NCBI GenBank assembly: GCA_037447605.1
Contig: CM074815.1
Span: 2,677,941 to 2,741,940, forward strand
DNA: 64,000 bases
Source: Zygnema circumcarinatum SAG 698-1b
Taxonomy: Eukaryota; Plantae; Zygnematophyceae
Direction of reading: 5' to 3'
Shown here one piece after another: positions 45,643-58,612 of the stretch. Each line of letters starts with the position of its first letter. Within the stretch, counting starts at the first letter, position 1. A program made the position numbers and the translations under genes. The notes under the pieces were generated by a model that saw nothing but the letters and a program-made list of their open reading frames with translations, made no database searches and had not been told where the DNA came from.

Positions 45643-47010
45643 GGCTTGTAGAGGGCGTAGCGAGAACAGAAGGCGACAAAGAGGGGGAGGCGGCGGCTGC
45701 TTTGTAGGGGCGGTCTGGGGTGGTCTGGTCGGTGGGACCAATAGGAAGGCGTATTAACACGTGCGAGTGCAAGACAGGAGGGCAGGAAAAGATTTGGATT
45801 CGAGACGGAATGATTCAATCATCGGTAGGTGACTTGATTTACAACTGTTGGTGACGTCATTGACCTTTTTAGCGAATCAGACGAAGGATTTACACGTGTA
45901 TATCGGTGACGATTGATTGCAGAATCTGGTGTAGCCAATAGGTGAGAGTCCTAACACGTGTGGAAGTCTGTATGCGTGTCGCGGTGGTTGCCTCGCATTG
46001 GTTTCGGGTCGGCGGAGGTGCCACGTGGCAATGAATCTGGCTCCGTTAAGGCGTCAGCGGCGGATGGCTGAAAATTTCAAAACGGCAAGTTTTTAAACCA
46101 ATTAAACATGAAGGTTACACGAGAGAATCAGTTTATAGTTGACCGAACAAAGGTTTTGAGCATATTAAAAAACATTTCAGTGACTAAGGTATTTCCAAAC
46201 TGGCTCTCCTTTCCATGCGGAAACAAAGTTGGAGGTCGTTGAAATGCCACGTCGACTGTGACGTGGCGGGCTCGCAACGCACACAGGCATCTATCTGCCC
46301 CGCCAAATTAATTTTGTAATAAATGTTCAGATTCCTAATTTTTTTTTGTTAAGATATGATAACAATTGATTTTCGGCCCTGTGGATTTGTCCGTGGGATG
46401 GCGGACCTTCATTGGCTGTAATGAAATTTTTCGAGCAGACCGTAAAGCAAATGATCCGAACAATTTCAGAGGGGGCGAAAGTTTCAAAGTGGCCCTTCCA
46501 TTTCATAGCGACCTACGGCCAGCTCTCCACCAATGGAAACTTACCACGTAGACAGCTCTGCGCCAATCACGAGCTGTATATTTGCCACGTCATAAGGACA
46601 ATACATGCGCTTAAAGTGCCACGTCATCGACTTCATTGAAGCAAATGTGGCGCTGCTCCAGCTCCGTTTCAAGGGCTCCCAATCGGCTGGCGAATACGGC
46701 CAAACGGCCTGGGCGGCTCCGAGGTCGGCAGACTGGGACTTGCGGAGTAGGTCGGTGGTTGACTTAGGTCGGTGGCAGATTTCCCCTGTCACGTGTTCGA
46801 CACGTGTCTCACGGTTACTGGCCAAAAAGATTGACAGCGCGTAGCTGAGTCAGATTTCGACCAATTGTTGCGTGTCACTTCACACTATATGCTGACGTGG
46901 CAGCCCGCGATTGGCTGTGCTCACCAGGGCATCGACCTCCGACCGACGGCCCGAAGAGGGCAGTTCAAGGCCTTCGAGGGGTTCAAGGGCGCGGGCTGGA
47001 GGGTGGTCGG

Positions 47011-47447
47011 TAGGGTTGGGGGCACGGTCCCCCTCCGACCCGTGCCCAGGGGCACGTGCCCCCCCCCCCCCCCCAAGGGGGGGGGCATGCCCCTTTTTCG
47101 TGCCCCGTGACGTGACTGCATTGAGCAATTCAAATCGGCCCCAAAAAGAATATAATATTTTAAAAACGGTACGAATGAAGGTACGGAAAGTACAGATGAA
47201 TGTACTAAACGTACGGATCAAGGTACAAATGTACGAAAAAATATGAAAAGTACGGACAGTACTCACAACTTCAATCGTCACCGGCCCGGGCCCGGTCGTA
47301 CGAGGTAAGCGTCACGTGACAGGGGGCACGGGGGGGCACGAAATATATGGGGAAAATTTTTGGAGGCGTGCCCCGGGCACGGACGGTCAAAAATGGGGGG
47401 CATGCCCCCCCCCCGGGCATGCCCGTGCCCCCGTGCCCCCAACCCTA
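47011..47447. mobile_element. hAT-type MITE
   Basis: TIR TAGGGTTGGGGGCACGG / CCGTGCCCCCAACCCTA with perfect 8-bp TSD GTGGTCGG. Confidence 0.9.
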
Positions 47448-47618
47448 GTGGTCGGGGGGGCCCCCGAGGACTGAGGGGTTTGGCTTTTGTGTGGGCTGAA
47501 CACTTGAGGGTTTAGGGTTTAGTGTTTAGGGTTTAGGGTGTATGGTTTAGAGTTTAGGGGTTTAGGGTTGAGGGTTGAGGGTTTAGGGTTGTAGGGTTTA
47601 GGGTTCAGGGTTTAAGCC

Positions 47619-48413
47619 ATGGCTGATCCCGCACGGGAGCCGCTGCTCGAGAGAGAGGAACGGCGGGAGGCTCGGGAGGCGGAAGCAGGGAGGGAGGAAT
47701 GGGAAAGGATGGAGGAGAGGTGGGAGGAGAGAGAGAGGGAGGTGGAGGGAGAGTGGGAGAGCGAGGGAGAGGGAGAGTGGGAGAGAGAGAGGGAGGGAGA
47801 ATGGGAGGGCGAGGGAGAGGGAGAGAGGAGGGAAAGGAGAGAGAAGGGAGCGGCATTTCATTGGATGCGCTCTCGGTCTGTGACGGAGGGAATGTCGGCG
47901 GGAGGGGGGAGTGAGAGAGGAGAGGGAGAGGGAGAGGGAGAGGGAGAGGGAGAGGAGGTGAGAGAGGGAGAGAAGGAGGCGGAGGCGGAGGAGGGAGGCG
48001 AGTGGGGCCGCATTGCGAAGGCGGCGTGTATGGTGGAGGAGGTGCGCCCTGAAACTGGGTTTATGAAGTTATGAAATCGGTGCATTATGTTTTCTTAGGG
48101 TCTACTTACACACCTTTTTTGGCTAGATACACACCTTCTTTCGCCGGTCAGATTTTATTTTAGGGTTTTGAGGGCTTTGGGATTTTTAAAGGTGTATCTA
48201 GCCAAAAAATATGTGTAAATAACATTCCTATATTTTTTTAGGGGTTGTAGGGTTTTCACTCGTGTTCAGGTTTACGGTTTTGATTGTTTCAGAAACTTAA
48301 GAAGTTCATGGCGTCCTTTTCGAAATTTAATCCTTAATCCTTTCATGGTATAGGGGTTTGGGATTTTTTAAGACACTTAGGTTTTATTTAAGGGGTTCAG
48401 TGTTATTCTGTTT

Positions 48414-48449
<36 letters not shown>

Positions 48450-51400
48450 NNNNNNNNNNGGGGGGGGGGGGGGGTGCATGCATGCATGCGCGTGCATGTC
48501 CGCAGGCGATGCGCGGCCGTCGGATGCCGCCGGAGGTGATCGACCGTCCACAGCCCGCGGCGGCGCGTGCGGCCTTCCTTTGGTACCACGCGTTGGGGGC
48601 CGTACGGACGGCGGCCGTCGTGCTGCTTATGGGGCTGCCCTTCCTGGAGGTCGTGACCGACTGACTGACTGACTGGCTGGCTGGCTGGCTGGCTGACTGA
48701 CTAAGCTGACCATGGGGTGGTGACTAAAGCATGGACATGGGGTATGGGTGATGTTGTGGGGAATTGGTTTTAAGGGTTTAGGGTTTTGAGGGAGGTGAGC
48801 GATTTCATGGATCTTGGAGGGTTTTGCAGGTTTTTGAGAGGGGGGGGGGAGGAGAGAGAGAGAGAGAGAGAGAGAAGAGATGCAAGAGATGTTTTTGAAA
48901 GGGAGGATTTATGTTTACTTCATTTATAAACTTTGTTTATTTTGTCTGCTTTTGATTAGCAGATCCCTCCGTGGTGCAAGTACAAGGAGGACCCCCCCTG
49001 CGGCGATCCGAACTTGTTTCCTCTCAGCGGACTGCCGTACCTTCATCCTGCGACTGTGCTTTGCCTGGAAGTGAGGTCACTTTTTTATTTGTTTTTAGAC
49101 CCATTTTCCTTATTTTAGGTTCTGCTAATCTTTCACAGATTCAGATTCAGATTTTTCTTTAATTGTTACTTCAATTTTGTTAGTTTCTATGTTTTCATTC
49201 TTTTCATGATCGTTGACGTTATTGCAATCTTTTCCATCTAAAGAATTGAGGCAAACGTTGCATAACGAAGCATCTTACGCCCGGACATGGAAGGGATACA
49301 AATGGGGTACAAATGGGGTACAAATGGGGTACAAATGGGATACAAATGGGGTACAAATGGGGTACAAATGGGGTATTGCGGAGCTCCTTTGTATTGCAGT
49401 TCCTCATCCTCTTCTCCCTTTTAGGGTTGGTCCTCCTCCAACATCGCTTCTTGGGCTCCGCCGGCTTTTGGAACAACAAAGTTTGCGTTTACAAGGTGCG
49501 GAAGGAAACCCTAAAGTCTAAACCCTAAAGTGGGCCGTACAGTGTGGGGCTGAGGTTATGTCACGGGTGCAACATACGCATTGTTATGTTGAGGGGGGCA
49601 CCGACATATGATGGTGTAGGGTACGTTTAAGTCTATTAAGCAAGGTATGGTTGGTTAGTACGTCTCTCTCCTTCTCCTCTCCTCACCTCTCCTTCTCTGT
49701 GTCACTGTCTTCTTGGCCCTCTCTCTCTCTCTCTCTCACCCTCCCTCTCTACCTTCCCCCCTCTCTCATTGTCTTTGGTTACTCTCCACATCCCCTCTCA
49801 ACCTCCTCTTTCCTCTCTCTCCATTCCACTCACTCTCTCCCTTCCGCCATCGCTCCCCCCCCGTTCTCTCGTTCTCCCATATTTCCTCTCTCGTGCCCCG
49901 TCCCTTCCTCCCTCACTCCTCCCCTCTTTCTCCCTCTGTCTCTCTTTCCCCCACTTTCTCCCTCTCCCCGACTCTCTCTCTCCTTCTCGCACTCCCCCTT
50001 TCCACCCTTCCCTCGCTCTTTCTGTCTCTCTTTCCCGCCTCTCTCTTCATCTCTCCCTCTCCCTCCCCCACTCCCTCCTCCCCTCTCTCGCTGTCCTTTC
50101 CCTCTTCTCTTTCTGTCTCGCCTTCCCCCCACTCTCCCCCTCTCTTCCCCTCTCTCCCCCTCTCCCTCCCCCTCCCTCTCCTTTCCCCCTTCTCTTTCTG
50201 TCTCGCCCTCCCCACCTTCCCTCCCCCTCCCTCTCCCCCCCTCTCCCTTTCCCTCTCCTTCTCCCTTCCTGCGATCATGCGAGCGAGGGAGGGAGGGTCT
50301 CAGGCAGTCCTCGTGGTTTCCGGCCTCTCGGACCGTTTGGCGGCGCTCGTCCAAATGGCGGTCCTCCGCTCCAATTTTCGATTTCACCTTTTTCCGTACC
50401 TTCGCGTATTCCTCGCCATCGTCTTTAGTCGGTAAGCATTAAAAAAAAAAGAAAAAAAAAAAAAAAAAAAAAANNNNNNNNNNATTCAGATTTTTCTTTA
50501 ATTGTTACTTCAATTTTGTTAGTTTCTATGTTTTCATTCTTTTCATGATCGTTGACGTTATTGCAATCTTTTCCATCTAAAGAATTGAGGCAAACGTTGC
50601 ATAACGAAGCATCTTACGCCCGGACATGGAAGGGATACAAATGGGGTACAAATGGGGTACAAATGGGGTACAAATGGGATACAAATGGGGTACAAATGGG
50701 GTACAAATGGGGTATTGCGGAGCTCCTTTGTATTGCAGTTCCTCATCCTCTTCTCCCTTTTAGGGTTGGTCCTCCTCCAACATCGCTTCTTGGGCTCCGC
50801 CGGCTTTTGGAACAACAAAGTTTGCGTTTACAAGGTGCGGAAGGAAACCCTAAAGTCTAAACCCTAAAGTGGGCCGTACAGTGTGGGGCTGAGGTTATGT
50901 CACGGGTGCAACATACGCATTGTTATGTTGAGGGGGGCACCGACATATGATGGTGTAGGGTACGTTTAAGTCTATTAAGCAAGGTATGGTTGGTTAGTAC
51001 GTCTCTCTCCTTCTCCTCTCCTCACCTCTCCTTCTCTGTGTCACTGTCTTCTTGGCCCTCTCTCTCTCTCTCTCTCACCCTCCCTCTCTACCTTCCCCCC
51101 TCTCTCATTGTCTTTGGTTACTCTCCACATCCCCTCTCAACCTCCTCTTTCCTCTCTCTCCATTCCACTCACTCTCTCCCTTCCGCCATCGCTCCCCCCC
51201 CGTTCTCTCGTTCTCCCATATTTCCTCTCTCGTGCCCCGTCCCTTCCTCCCTCACTCCTCCCCTCTTTCTCCCTCTGTCTCTCTTTCCCCCACTTTCTCC
51301 CTCTCCCCGACTCTCTCTCTCCTTCTCGCACTCCCCCTTTCCACCCTTCCCTCGCTCTTTCTGTCTCTCTTTCCCGCCTCTCTCTTCATCTCTCCCTCTC

Positions 51401-52227
51401 CCTCCCCCACTCCCTCCTCCCCTCTCTCGCTGTCCTTTCCCTCTTCTCTTTCTGTCTCGCCTTCCCCCCACTCTCCCCCTCTCTTCCCCTCTCTCCCCCT
51501 CTCCCTCCCCCTCCCTCTCCTTTCCCCCTTCTCTTTCTGTCTCGCCCTCCCCACCTTCCCTCCCCCTCCCTCTCCCCCCCTCTCCCTTTCCCTCTCCTTC
51601 TCCCTTCCTGCGATCATGCGAGCGAGGGAGGGAGGGTCTCAGGCAGTCCTCGTGGTTTCCGGCCTCTCGGACCGTTTGGCGGCGCTCGTCCAAATGGCGG
51701 TCCTCCGCTCCAATTTTCGATTTCACCTTTTTCCGTACCTTCGCGTATTCCTCGCCATCGTCTTTAGTCGGTAAGCATTAAAAAAAAAAGAAAAAAAAAA
51801 AAAAAAAAAAAAGAGACCAGCGAAAGGCAATTAAATCAGTAAGTTAATATTAACAAGGTTGCTATCGTTTTTGGCTCGTTTTAATATTTTTTTCAAAATT
51901 TTTGTTGGGATCGGGCAGGTCTCTCCGAGGGAGCTTTCGGATTCTGCTGCGAATAATGGCGGGCTTTTTGGACGTGACGGTGCGTAGAAGAGAGAGAGCG
52001 AGAGAGAGAGAGAGAGGACAGAGAGAGCGAGAGAGGACAGAGAGAGAGAGAAAGAGAGCGAGAGAGAGCGAGAGCGAGAGAGCGGGAGAGAGAGCGAGAG
52101 AGAGAGAAAGGGAGAGTGAGAAATTGAAATGAACAAGTGAGCGAGAATAAACCATAACAGACAAAATCCGGAGAGTCTGAAACCCCGAATTCTTGTCCAG
52201 CACTAAAGCTCTCTCCCTCTTTCTCTC

Positions 52228-52287
<60 letters not shown>

Positions 52288-55200
52288 GCTCACTCTCTCG
52301 CTCTCAATTTGAAATTTCATTTGTTGGAACGCAGATTTTGGTGGCCCTATTCGTCCTATTTTTCTCGTGGTTGGGTTTCCTCCTCTTCCAAGACACCCCC
52401 CAAGGAGAGGAATACTTTTCCGATTTTCCGTCCACTTTGATGCAAATGTTCATTCTGCTCACAACGGCGAACAATCCGAACGCATGGATTCCCGCCTTCA
52501 CATATAACCGGATTTCATTTTTCTTCTTTTTCATATACATCGTGTTGGGGCTCTATGTGGTCATGAACCTGCTCACTTCCGTGATCTACAACAACTACAA
52601 AGTGCAGGTGAGTGGGCTTGAAGGGTTTTAGGGTTGCTGGGTTTTAGAGTTTGGGTTTCAAGGTTTTAGGGTTTAAGGATTGCAGGTTGTTAAGGTTGCA
52701 GGGTTTCCGAAACCCAGGAACCTTATTACCGGAAAAGAAGTTCGGACATTGTTGCGAACCCTAAAATGCACGGAGCCCCTGAACCCTTTCTTGAAATCCT
52801 AAAACTTAATCCCTGCCCCCATCTCCGATACAAAACTTACCCTCCCTACGCTCCTTAACCCTAAACACTACATCCTAGGCCCTAAACCCTAAACCCTACA
52901 CCCTACACCCTACACCCTAAACCCTAAAACCCCGAACCCTAAACCTTAACCCTGCACCCCAAACCCTAAACCCTCAACCATAAACCTAACCTATGCACCG
53001 TAAACCTTTCACCATGCACCATAAACCCTAATCCCTGCCCCTGCACCTTAAACCCTACCCCCTGCCCCTTCCTGCCTCTTAAACCCTACCCCCTGCCCCT
53101 CCCTCCCCCTTAAACCCTACCCCCNNNNNNNNNNCTTAAACCCTACCCCCTGCCCCTCCCTCCCCCTTAAACCCTAAACCCTACCCCCTGCCGGCAGATG
53201 TCGGCCCGCGTGGAGAAGAGTGCGGCCGCGCGGCAGAGCAGTTTGGCGGCGGCGTTCGCCCTCTTGGACGAGAGGGGGAGGGGGTGGGTCACGCCGGCCG
53301 CCATGAGCGCGCTATTCCTCGCAATGGACCGCTACCAGTGAGTCGAGCTCTCTCTCTGTCTCCCTCTCTCTCTCCCTCTCTCCCCCCTGCTCTCTTTCTC
53401 TCTCCCTCTCTCTCTCCCTTTCCCTCTATCTCCACCCCTCTCTCTCGCTTGCTCACTCGCTCTCTTGCTCTCTCTCTCTCACGCTGTGTCGCTTTCGTTC
53501 TCTCAAAGTCAATTTTTTTGCGCAAACTCACTCTCTCTAATCCATCTCTTGTTCTCATTTCTCACCCTAACCCTAATCCTGAATCATGAACCCTACACCC
53601 TATCCCTAAACTCTGAACACTAAACCCTAACCGTACTATTGAACCCTAAACCTTAAACGCTAAAGCCTAAACTCTAACCACCTATCCTGAACCCTAAACC
53701 CTAAACCCTGAACCCTAATCCTAACCCCTAACCCCTAAACCATATCCCCTAAACCCTGATCCTAACCCCTAAACCCTGAACCCTAATCCTAACCCCTAAC
53801 CTCTAACCCCTAAACCCTAAACCCTGAACCCTCACCCCTAAATCATATCCTTAAACCCTAACCCTAATCCTAACTCTAACCCGCTATCCTGAACCTTAAC
53901 CCCTAACACCTAAACCCTAAACCCTAACCCCTAAACCCTAAACCCTAACCCCTCACCCCTAACCCCTAAACCCTAAACCTTAAACCCTAAACCCTGAACC
54001 CTAATCCTAACCTTGCAGGCACACTCCCAACCTTCGCCTCCATGCAAACGACCTGTTCATGGAGCTCGATCGGCGAGGCGACTTCAGAATTTGGGCGGAC
54101 GAATTCGAGCGTGTCTGCGACGTGATTGGACGAGAGCTCGCGCTTTTGGATAAGGAGAGATTGCGCAGATCGAATCTCAATCTCAGCAGCAAATCGCTGT
54201 TCGCGCGCCGACACAAAATTTTGAAGATTTTGAAAAATGTTGTGCAGCACATTTGGTTTGAAAGAGGGGTCCTCGCCAGTCTCGCGGCGGCCCTCGCTTT
54301 GGTGGCGGCTGAAAGCATGGTGATTTTCCTTCAAATTCGGGGGTTCAAGGGTTTTTAGGGTTTAGGGTTTTCAGGGTATTTACGATTTTAAGGGTTTTTA
54401 GAAGAATGTAGGGTTTTTAGGGTTAAGGGTTTTACGGTTTTTATGGTTTTAGGGTTGTTTATGTTTTTAGGGTTTTCAGGGTTTTTACGATTTTCAGGGT
54501 TTTTACGATTTTTAGGGGTTTAAGGTTTTGTAGGGCTTAGGATGTAGGGTTTTAGGGCTTTAATGGTTTATAGGGTTTGTAAGGTTCTAGGGTTTCGAGG
54601 GTTTAGGATTTAGGGCTTTATTTTTCTAGGGATTTGAGAGATTCACGGGTTGAGTGGTTTACGGGTTCTAAAGGTTCGAGAGTTTGTAGGTTTTTTAGGT
54701 TTTTGAGGGGTGTTAGGGTTTAGGGCTTTCAGAGGTTTTTACAAATTTCAACTCTTTAAAGGGTTTACAGGGTTTCCTGAATCCACTACCTTTTTAGGGT
54801 TTCAGAATGGCAGGGGTTCCATGCTCTCAAATTTACCAAAATCCGTTCCGTTTTCCGGTTGCAGGCAGAAGCCTCCTATAGGCCAATTTTCGTGCGACTG
54901 GAGCTGGCAATTGGTGAGATTTTGAGAAATTTAAATTTCCATATCTCAAATTTTATAAAAGAATCAAAAATCATCTTAATTTCTTGTTCTTGATGTTGTT
55001 CGCTTTTCCTTTCTTTCTAATTTTTTTTGTTTTTTTTTGGGGGGGTATTGAATTTTCATTTTGCAGGAGTGTTGTGGACTGCTGAGCTGGCAACAAAACT
55101 GGTGGCGGTTGATTGGACAGATTTTTGGAGGGGAACGGTCAACAGGTTCGATGTGGGAACCGTTTCAGTTCTGTGGATCGTTACTGCCACGTCAGCGTGC

Positions 55201-56716
55201 CAGCCCAGCTGGGTCCATGACCTGTCAGGGTGAGTGAAAAGAAAACTGTTCTCATCTTTGTTTCAGAAGTTTTCCGGTTTTTCTCCGATTCATCTTCTGT
55301 AATTGTTGTACTATGGAAGCTGATCAGTTTCTCGAAACAAAGCGATGTCTGATGGTAGCTCTCTCCTTCTCTCCCTCCCCCTCCCCTTCCCCCCTCCCCC
55401 TCCCCTCCCCCCCTCCCCTTCCCCTCCCCTCCCCCTCCTTCCCCCTCCCCCTCTCCCTCCCCCTCCCCCTCCCCTCCCCCTCCCCTCCCCCCTCCCACTC
55501 CCCCTCCCCCTCCCCTCCCCCTCCCCCTCCCCCTCCCTCCCCTCCCCTCCCCTCCCCTCCCCTCCCCTCCCCTCCCCCTCCCCCTCCCTCCCCTCCCCTC
55601 CCCTCCCCTCCCCTCCCCTCCCCTCCCCTCCCCTCCCCTCCCTCTCCCCCTCCCTCCCCTCCCCTCCCCCTCCCCCTCCCCCTCCCACTCCCCCTCCCCC
55701 TCCCCTCCCCCTCCCTCCCCTCCCCTCCCCTCCCCCTCCCCCCCCTCCCTCCCCTCCCCCTCCCCCTCCCCCTCCCCCTCCCCCTCCCTCCCCTCCCCCT
55801 CCCCCTCCCCCTCCCCTCCCCCTCCCCCTCCCCCTCCCTCCCCTCCCCTCCCCTCCCCCTCCCCCTCCCCCTCCCCCTCCCCCTCCCCCTCCCCTCCCCT
55901 CCCCCTCCCCCTCCCCCTCCCCCTCCCCCTCCCCCTCCCCTTCCCCCTCCCCCTCCCCCTCCCCCTCCCCTCCCCCTCCCCTCCCCCTCCCCCTCCCCCT
56001 CCCCCTCCCACAGCCTCCGCTACGCCCTCCTCCTCCGTCCCCTCCGCCTCTCCGCGCTCTCCGCCAACATCCCCCGGTGGCGCGTCATCGCCCAAACCAC
56101 GTCAGCCCTAATTCCCGTCATCCTGCCAATCCTGGGCCTCCAGCTGTCCATCTGCTCCCTCTTTTCCCTCACTGGAGTACACCTTTTCGGCGGAAAAATT
56201 TCCCTCAAAAATTCGAATTTAGACGGGACCCAATACGGCGCGGAGGGCTACGCGGTGTTCAATTATAACGATTTCGGCCTCGCTATGGTGACGTCATTTA
56301 ACCTATGTGTCGTTAACAACTGGTACGTCATCATGGACGGGTTTGTCGCGGCCTCCGGTACGGAATGGTCGCGGGCCTTTTTTGTCTTATTCTACGTCAT
56401 TGCGGGCGTGTTCGCACTGAACCTCGTTGTCGCGTTCGGACTGGAAGCGTTTTTGAGCGAGATCCGGGTCCAAGACAAAAGGTCAAAGGTCAAAGTCAAC
56501 GGGACCAAAAACGGAGGCGGAAACGGAAACGGCAACAGAAACGGAAACGGGAACAGGAACAAGAACCGATTAACTGCAACGGTTACGAAAACGGGAACGG
56601 AAACTGGAACGGATACTAGAAGTGGAACTGTAACAGAAAGCTGTAACAGCAGATTTCGTAGCAAGTCTGAACCTTTCAACGTTCGCAGGTCGTTATCAAG
56701 GATGGGTTTACATTAA
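47619..56716 (+). CDS. TPC1: Two-pore cation channel (TPC family, type-2/TPC1b-like), 12 exons
   Basis: Exons 47619-48041, 48506-48649, 48963-49070, 49400-49495, 50304-50431, 51919-51979, 52335-52607, 53198-53337, 54019-54319, 54865-54913, 55067-55229, 56014-56716, all GT-AG with compatible phases when the duplicated block is ignored. Motifs: PWC...PC....F.LSGLPYL, pore 1 LLTTANNPNAWIPA, EF-like linker, NRFD, pore 2 FNYNDF..AMVTSFNLCVVNNW, LNLVVAF.LEAF. Confidence 0.92.
50484..51812. repeat. Apparently identical 1339-bp direct duplication of 49145-50473 across an N gap (probable assembly artefact)
   Basis: Identical ORFs offset by 1339 nt; the copies meet at a poly-A plus 10-N gap; TPC exons 4-5 are duplicated. 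Confidence 0.85.
52610..54735. repeat. Degenerate interstitial plant-type telomere repeats (TTTAGGG/CCCTAAA) in TPC introns
   Basis: G-rich at 52615-52710 and 54345-54735; C-rich at 52855-53185 and 53570-54010. Similar arrays at 4790-5000, 40040-40290, 42930-43330 and 47505-47610. Confidence 0.9.
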
Positions 56717-58163
56717 GGTTTTACTAGTTTTTTTTTTTTCTTTCTCGTTTAGCTGTTTTTTTCAAGGGTGCTAAGGGATCTAAATCACGTGAAGGGACTG
56801 CTCATTGTACAAAATGTATATGATGGCAATTTTTTTTTTTTTACACTCGAATGCGTTTTCGGGTATGCAGGGACTTTAGGGTTTTAAGGGCACTTGAGGT
56901 TTTGAGGGATTTTAGGGTTTCTATGGCTCTGCTTACATCGCAATTTGGTTTTTAGCGACCCTAAAATTGTGCAATTGGGGAAAGCCGACGAAACCCTAAA
57001 CCCCAAAAACCACGAAGAAATAAAGTTTGAATCCCAAAAGGCGATGTGCCACGTATTACACTTCTGTAGACGTGGCGAATTCTAAGTGGTCCGTGCTTCG
57101 TCGATACGACCGCCATTCATCTGACGATGACGTCATGTTAAGGAGAGGTGAGGTAAGCAGTGACGCTATGATACGTCATGTAATCTCCGTTCCGTTGTCG
57201 AAGTTGGATCGCGCTGCTTCATAGATCCGCAGTTCGCCTCCGTCCTAAAAACACTAAAAACTCTAAAAACCCTAAAAATCCTAAAAACCCTAAGAACCCT
57301 AAAGCCTTAAATAAGCTCAAGCCGACCAATCAGAGTGGCTCCCGACAGGAGCCGAAATGTCTGAACTACTTTTTGAATTTTTCTTACAAGACAAGAATGA
57401 CCGTACAGCCAAGGATCCTCAGGTCGAAAGTCAAACAGGCCGATGCCGCATACGACAAGAGTCGTTCTTCTACTTTTGGTAAAAATTATGTCAAAATTTC
57501 TGACCGTGATGATAATTGAAAAAAATTGTGACATCATTTTCGTCAGAAAGTTGCAAACTTCCATAAAAATGCAACGTACAAGAGCTAAAACGGTTTGTTT
57601 AGAAAGAAATCAAAAAAAGTAAAATTAAAACGACCTCGGCACGCGAAGTCAAAATTTTCAAAAAGAAATGCCGGGTGTTGCTGCACGAACCGGGCTGCTA
57701 GAAAGTGGACAAATAGTTAGGATCCGATTTGATACGATTGGATTCGATCCGTATCAGACACGAAGATTCGATAGCGTATCTAGTTTTTGACGGCGGAAAA
57801 CAACCAGCACGCGGACGGCTTCCCCGGCCGTCCGTACAACCACCCACCGTCCATACAAACCGCCCGCGATCAGATCACTTTCGCCGCCGGTCGGCGTGAC
57901 AGCTAAAGGCCACGTGGTGGACACGTGTTGGAGATCAGATCGGATTTTCCACTTCCAAGAAACCAGGAAGCGGACATGACGCGACGGCGTGACGTCACGA
58001 GAAGTGACTTACCGTACGAAACCAAACCAAACGGTCATTTAAATTTGTGAAGGACAAAAACTAGATTCGGAGTTAAGTTGTCGGATTGGATCTCGTACGG
58101 TTTATTTGTCGGCTTCGTTCGATTTCCTGTTTGTTGGACAAGTGGCCGTACAGTCCGTCGGTA

Positions 58164-58612
58164 CAGTACCCCCCAATGTTTTCGCCATGGTTTCGGCAAA
58201 TAATTGGGCAAAAATCTTGGAATTTGAAAATATAAGGAAGTCCGTGTCAACAATAGGCGGGCGGTATTATGTTTAGAGTCTGTCCTGCGGCCGTACTGTT
58301 TCTCTCTGTACGGAGCGAATGGCCGCCCGGCGGGCCCTGTCGCGAGCTCCTATTGGTGCCATACATTTAAGTAACACGAGCTCTTATTCGTGCCGTACGA
58401 TTTGGAGACTTTATTCGTACGTATTCGTACGTACGTACAGCGGAATAGCGTGACGCATGTTTGAAATCCGTATTAAAAAATAGGTCAGGTAAGGTTAACA
58501 CCCCTAGTACATGAACACAGACTTACCGTACTAAAAGTGGTTTCCTCAAAATCAGGGCGAATTTCTTGGGTAACGCAAGTAATCGGGTTGAAAATATTAG
58601 GTGGGGGTACTG
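58164..58612. mobile_element. Tc1/pogo-type MITE
   Basis: TA|CAGTACCCCC ... GGGGGTACTG|TA; homologous to 29720-30110. Confidence 0.85.

Noticed and set aside
55345-56013. Poly-proline extensin/formin-like ORF
   Set aside because: It is the (CCCCT)n tract of TPC intron 11, bounded by |gtgagt at 55230 and cag| at 56013.
57020-57564. Possible small minus-strand gene between TPC and ARF
   Set aside because: Short ORFs and one plausible donor, but no consistent exon chain or recognisable motif.
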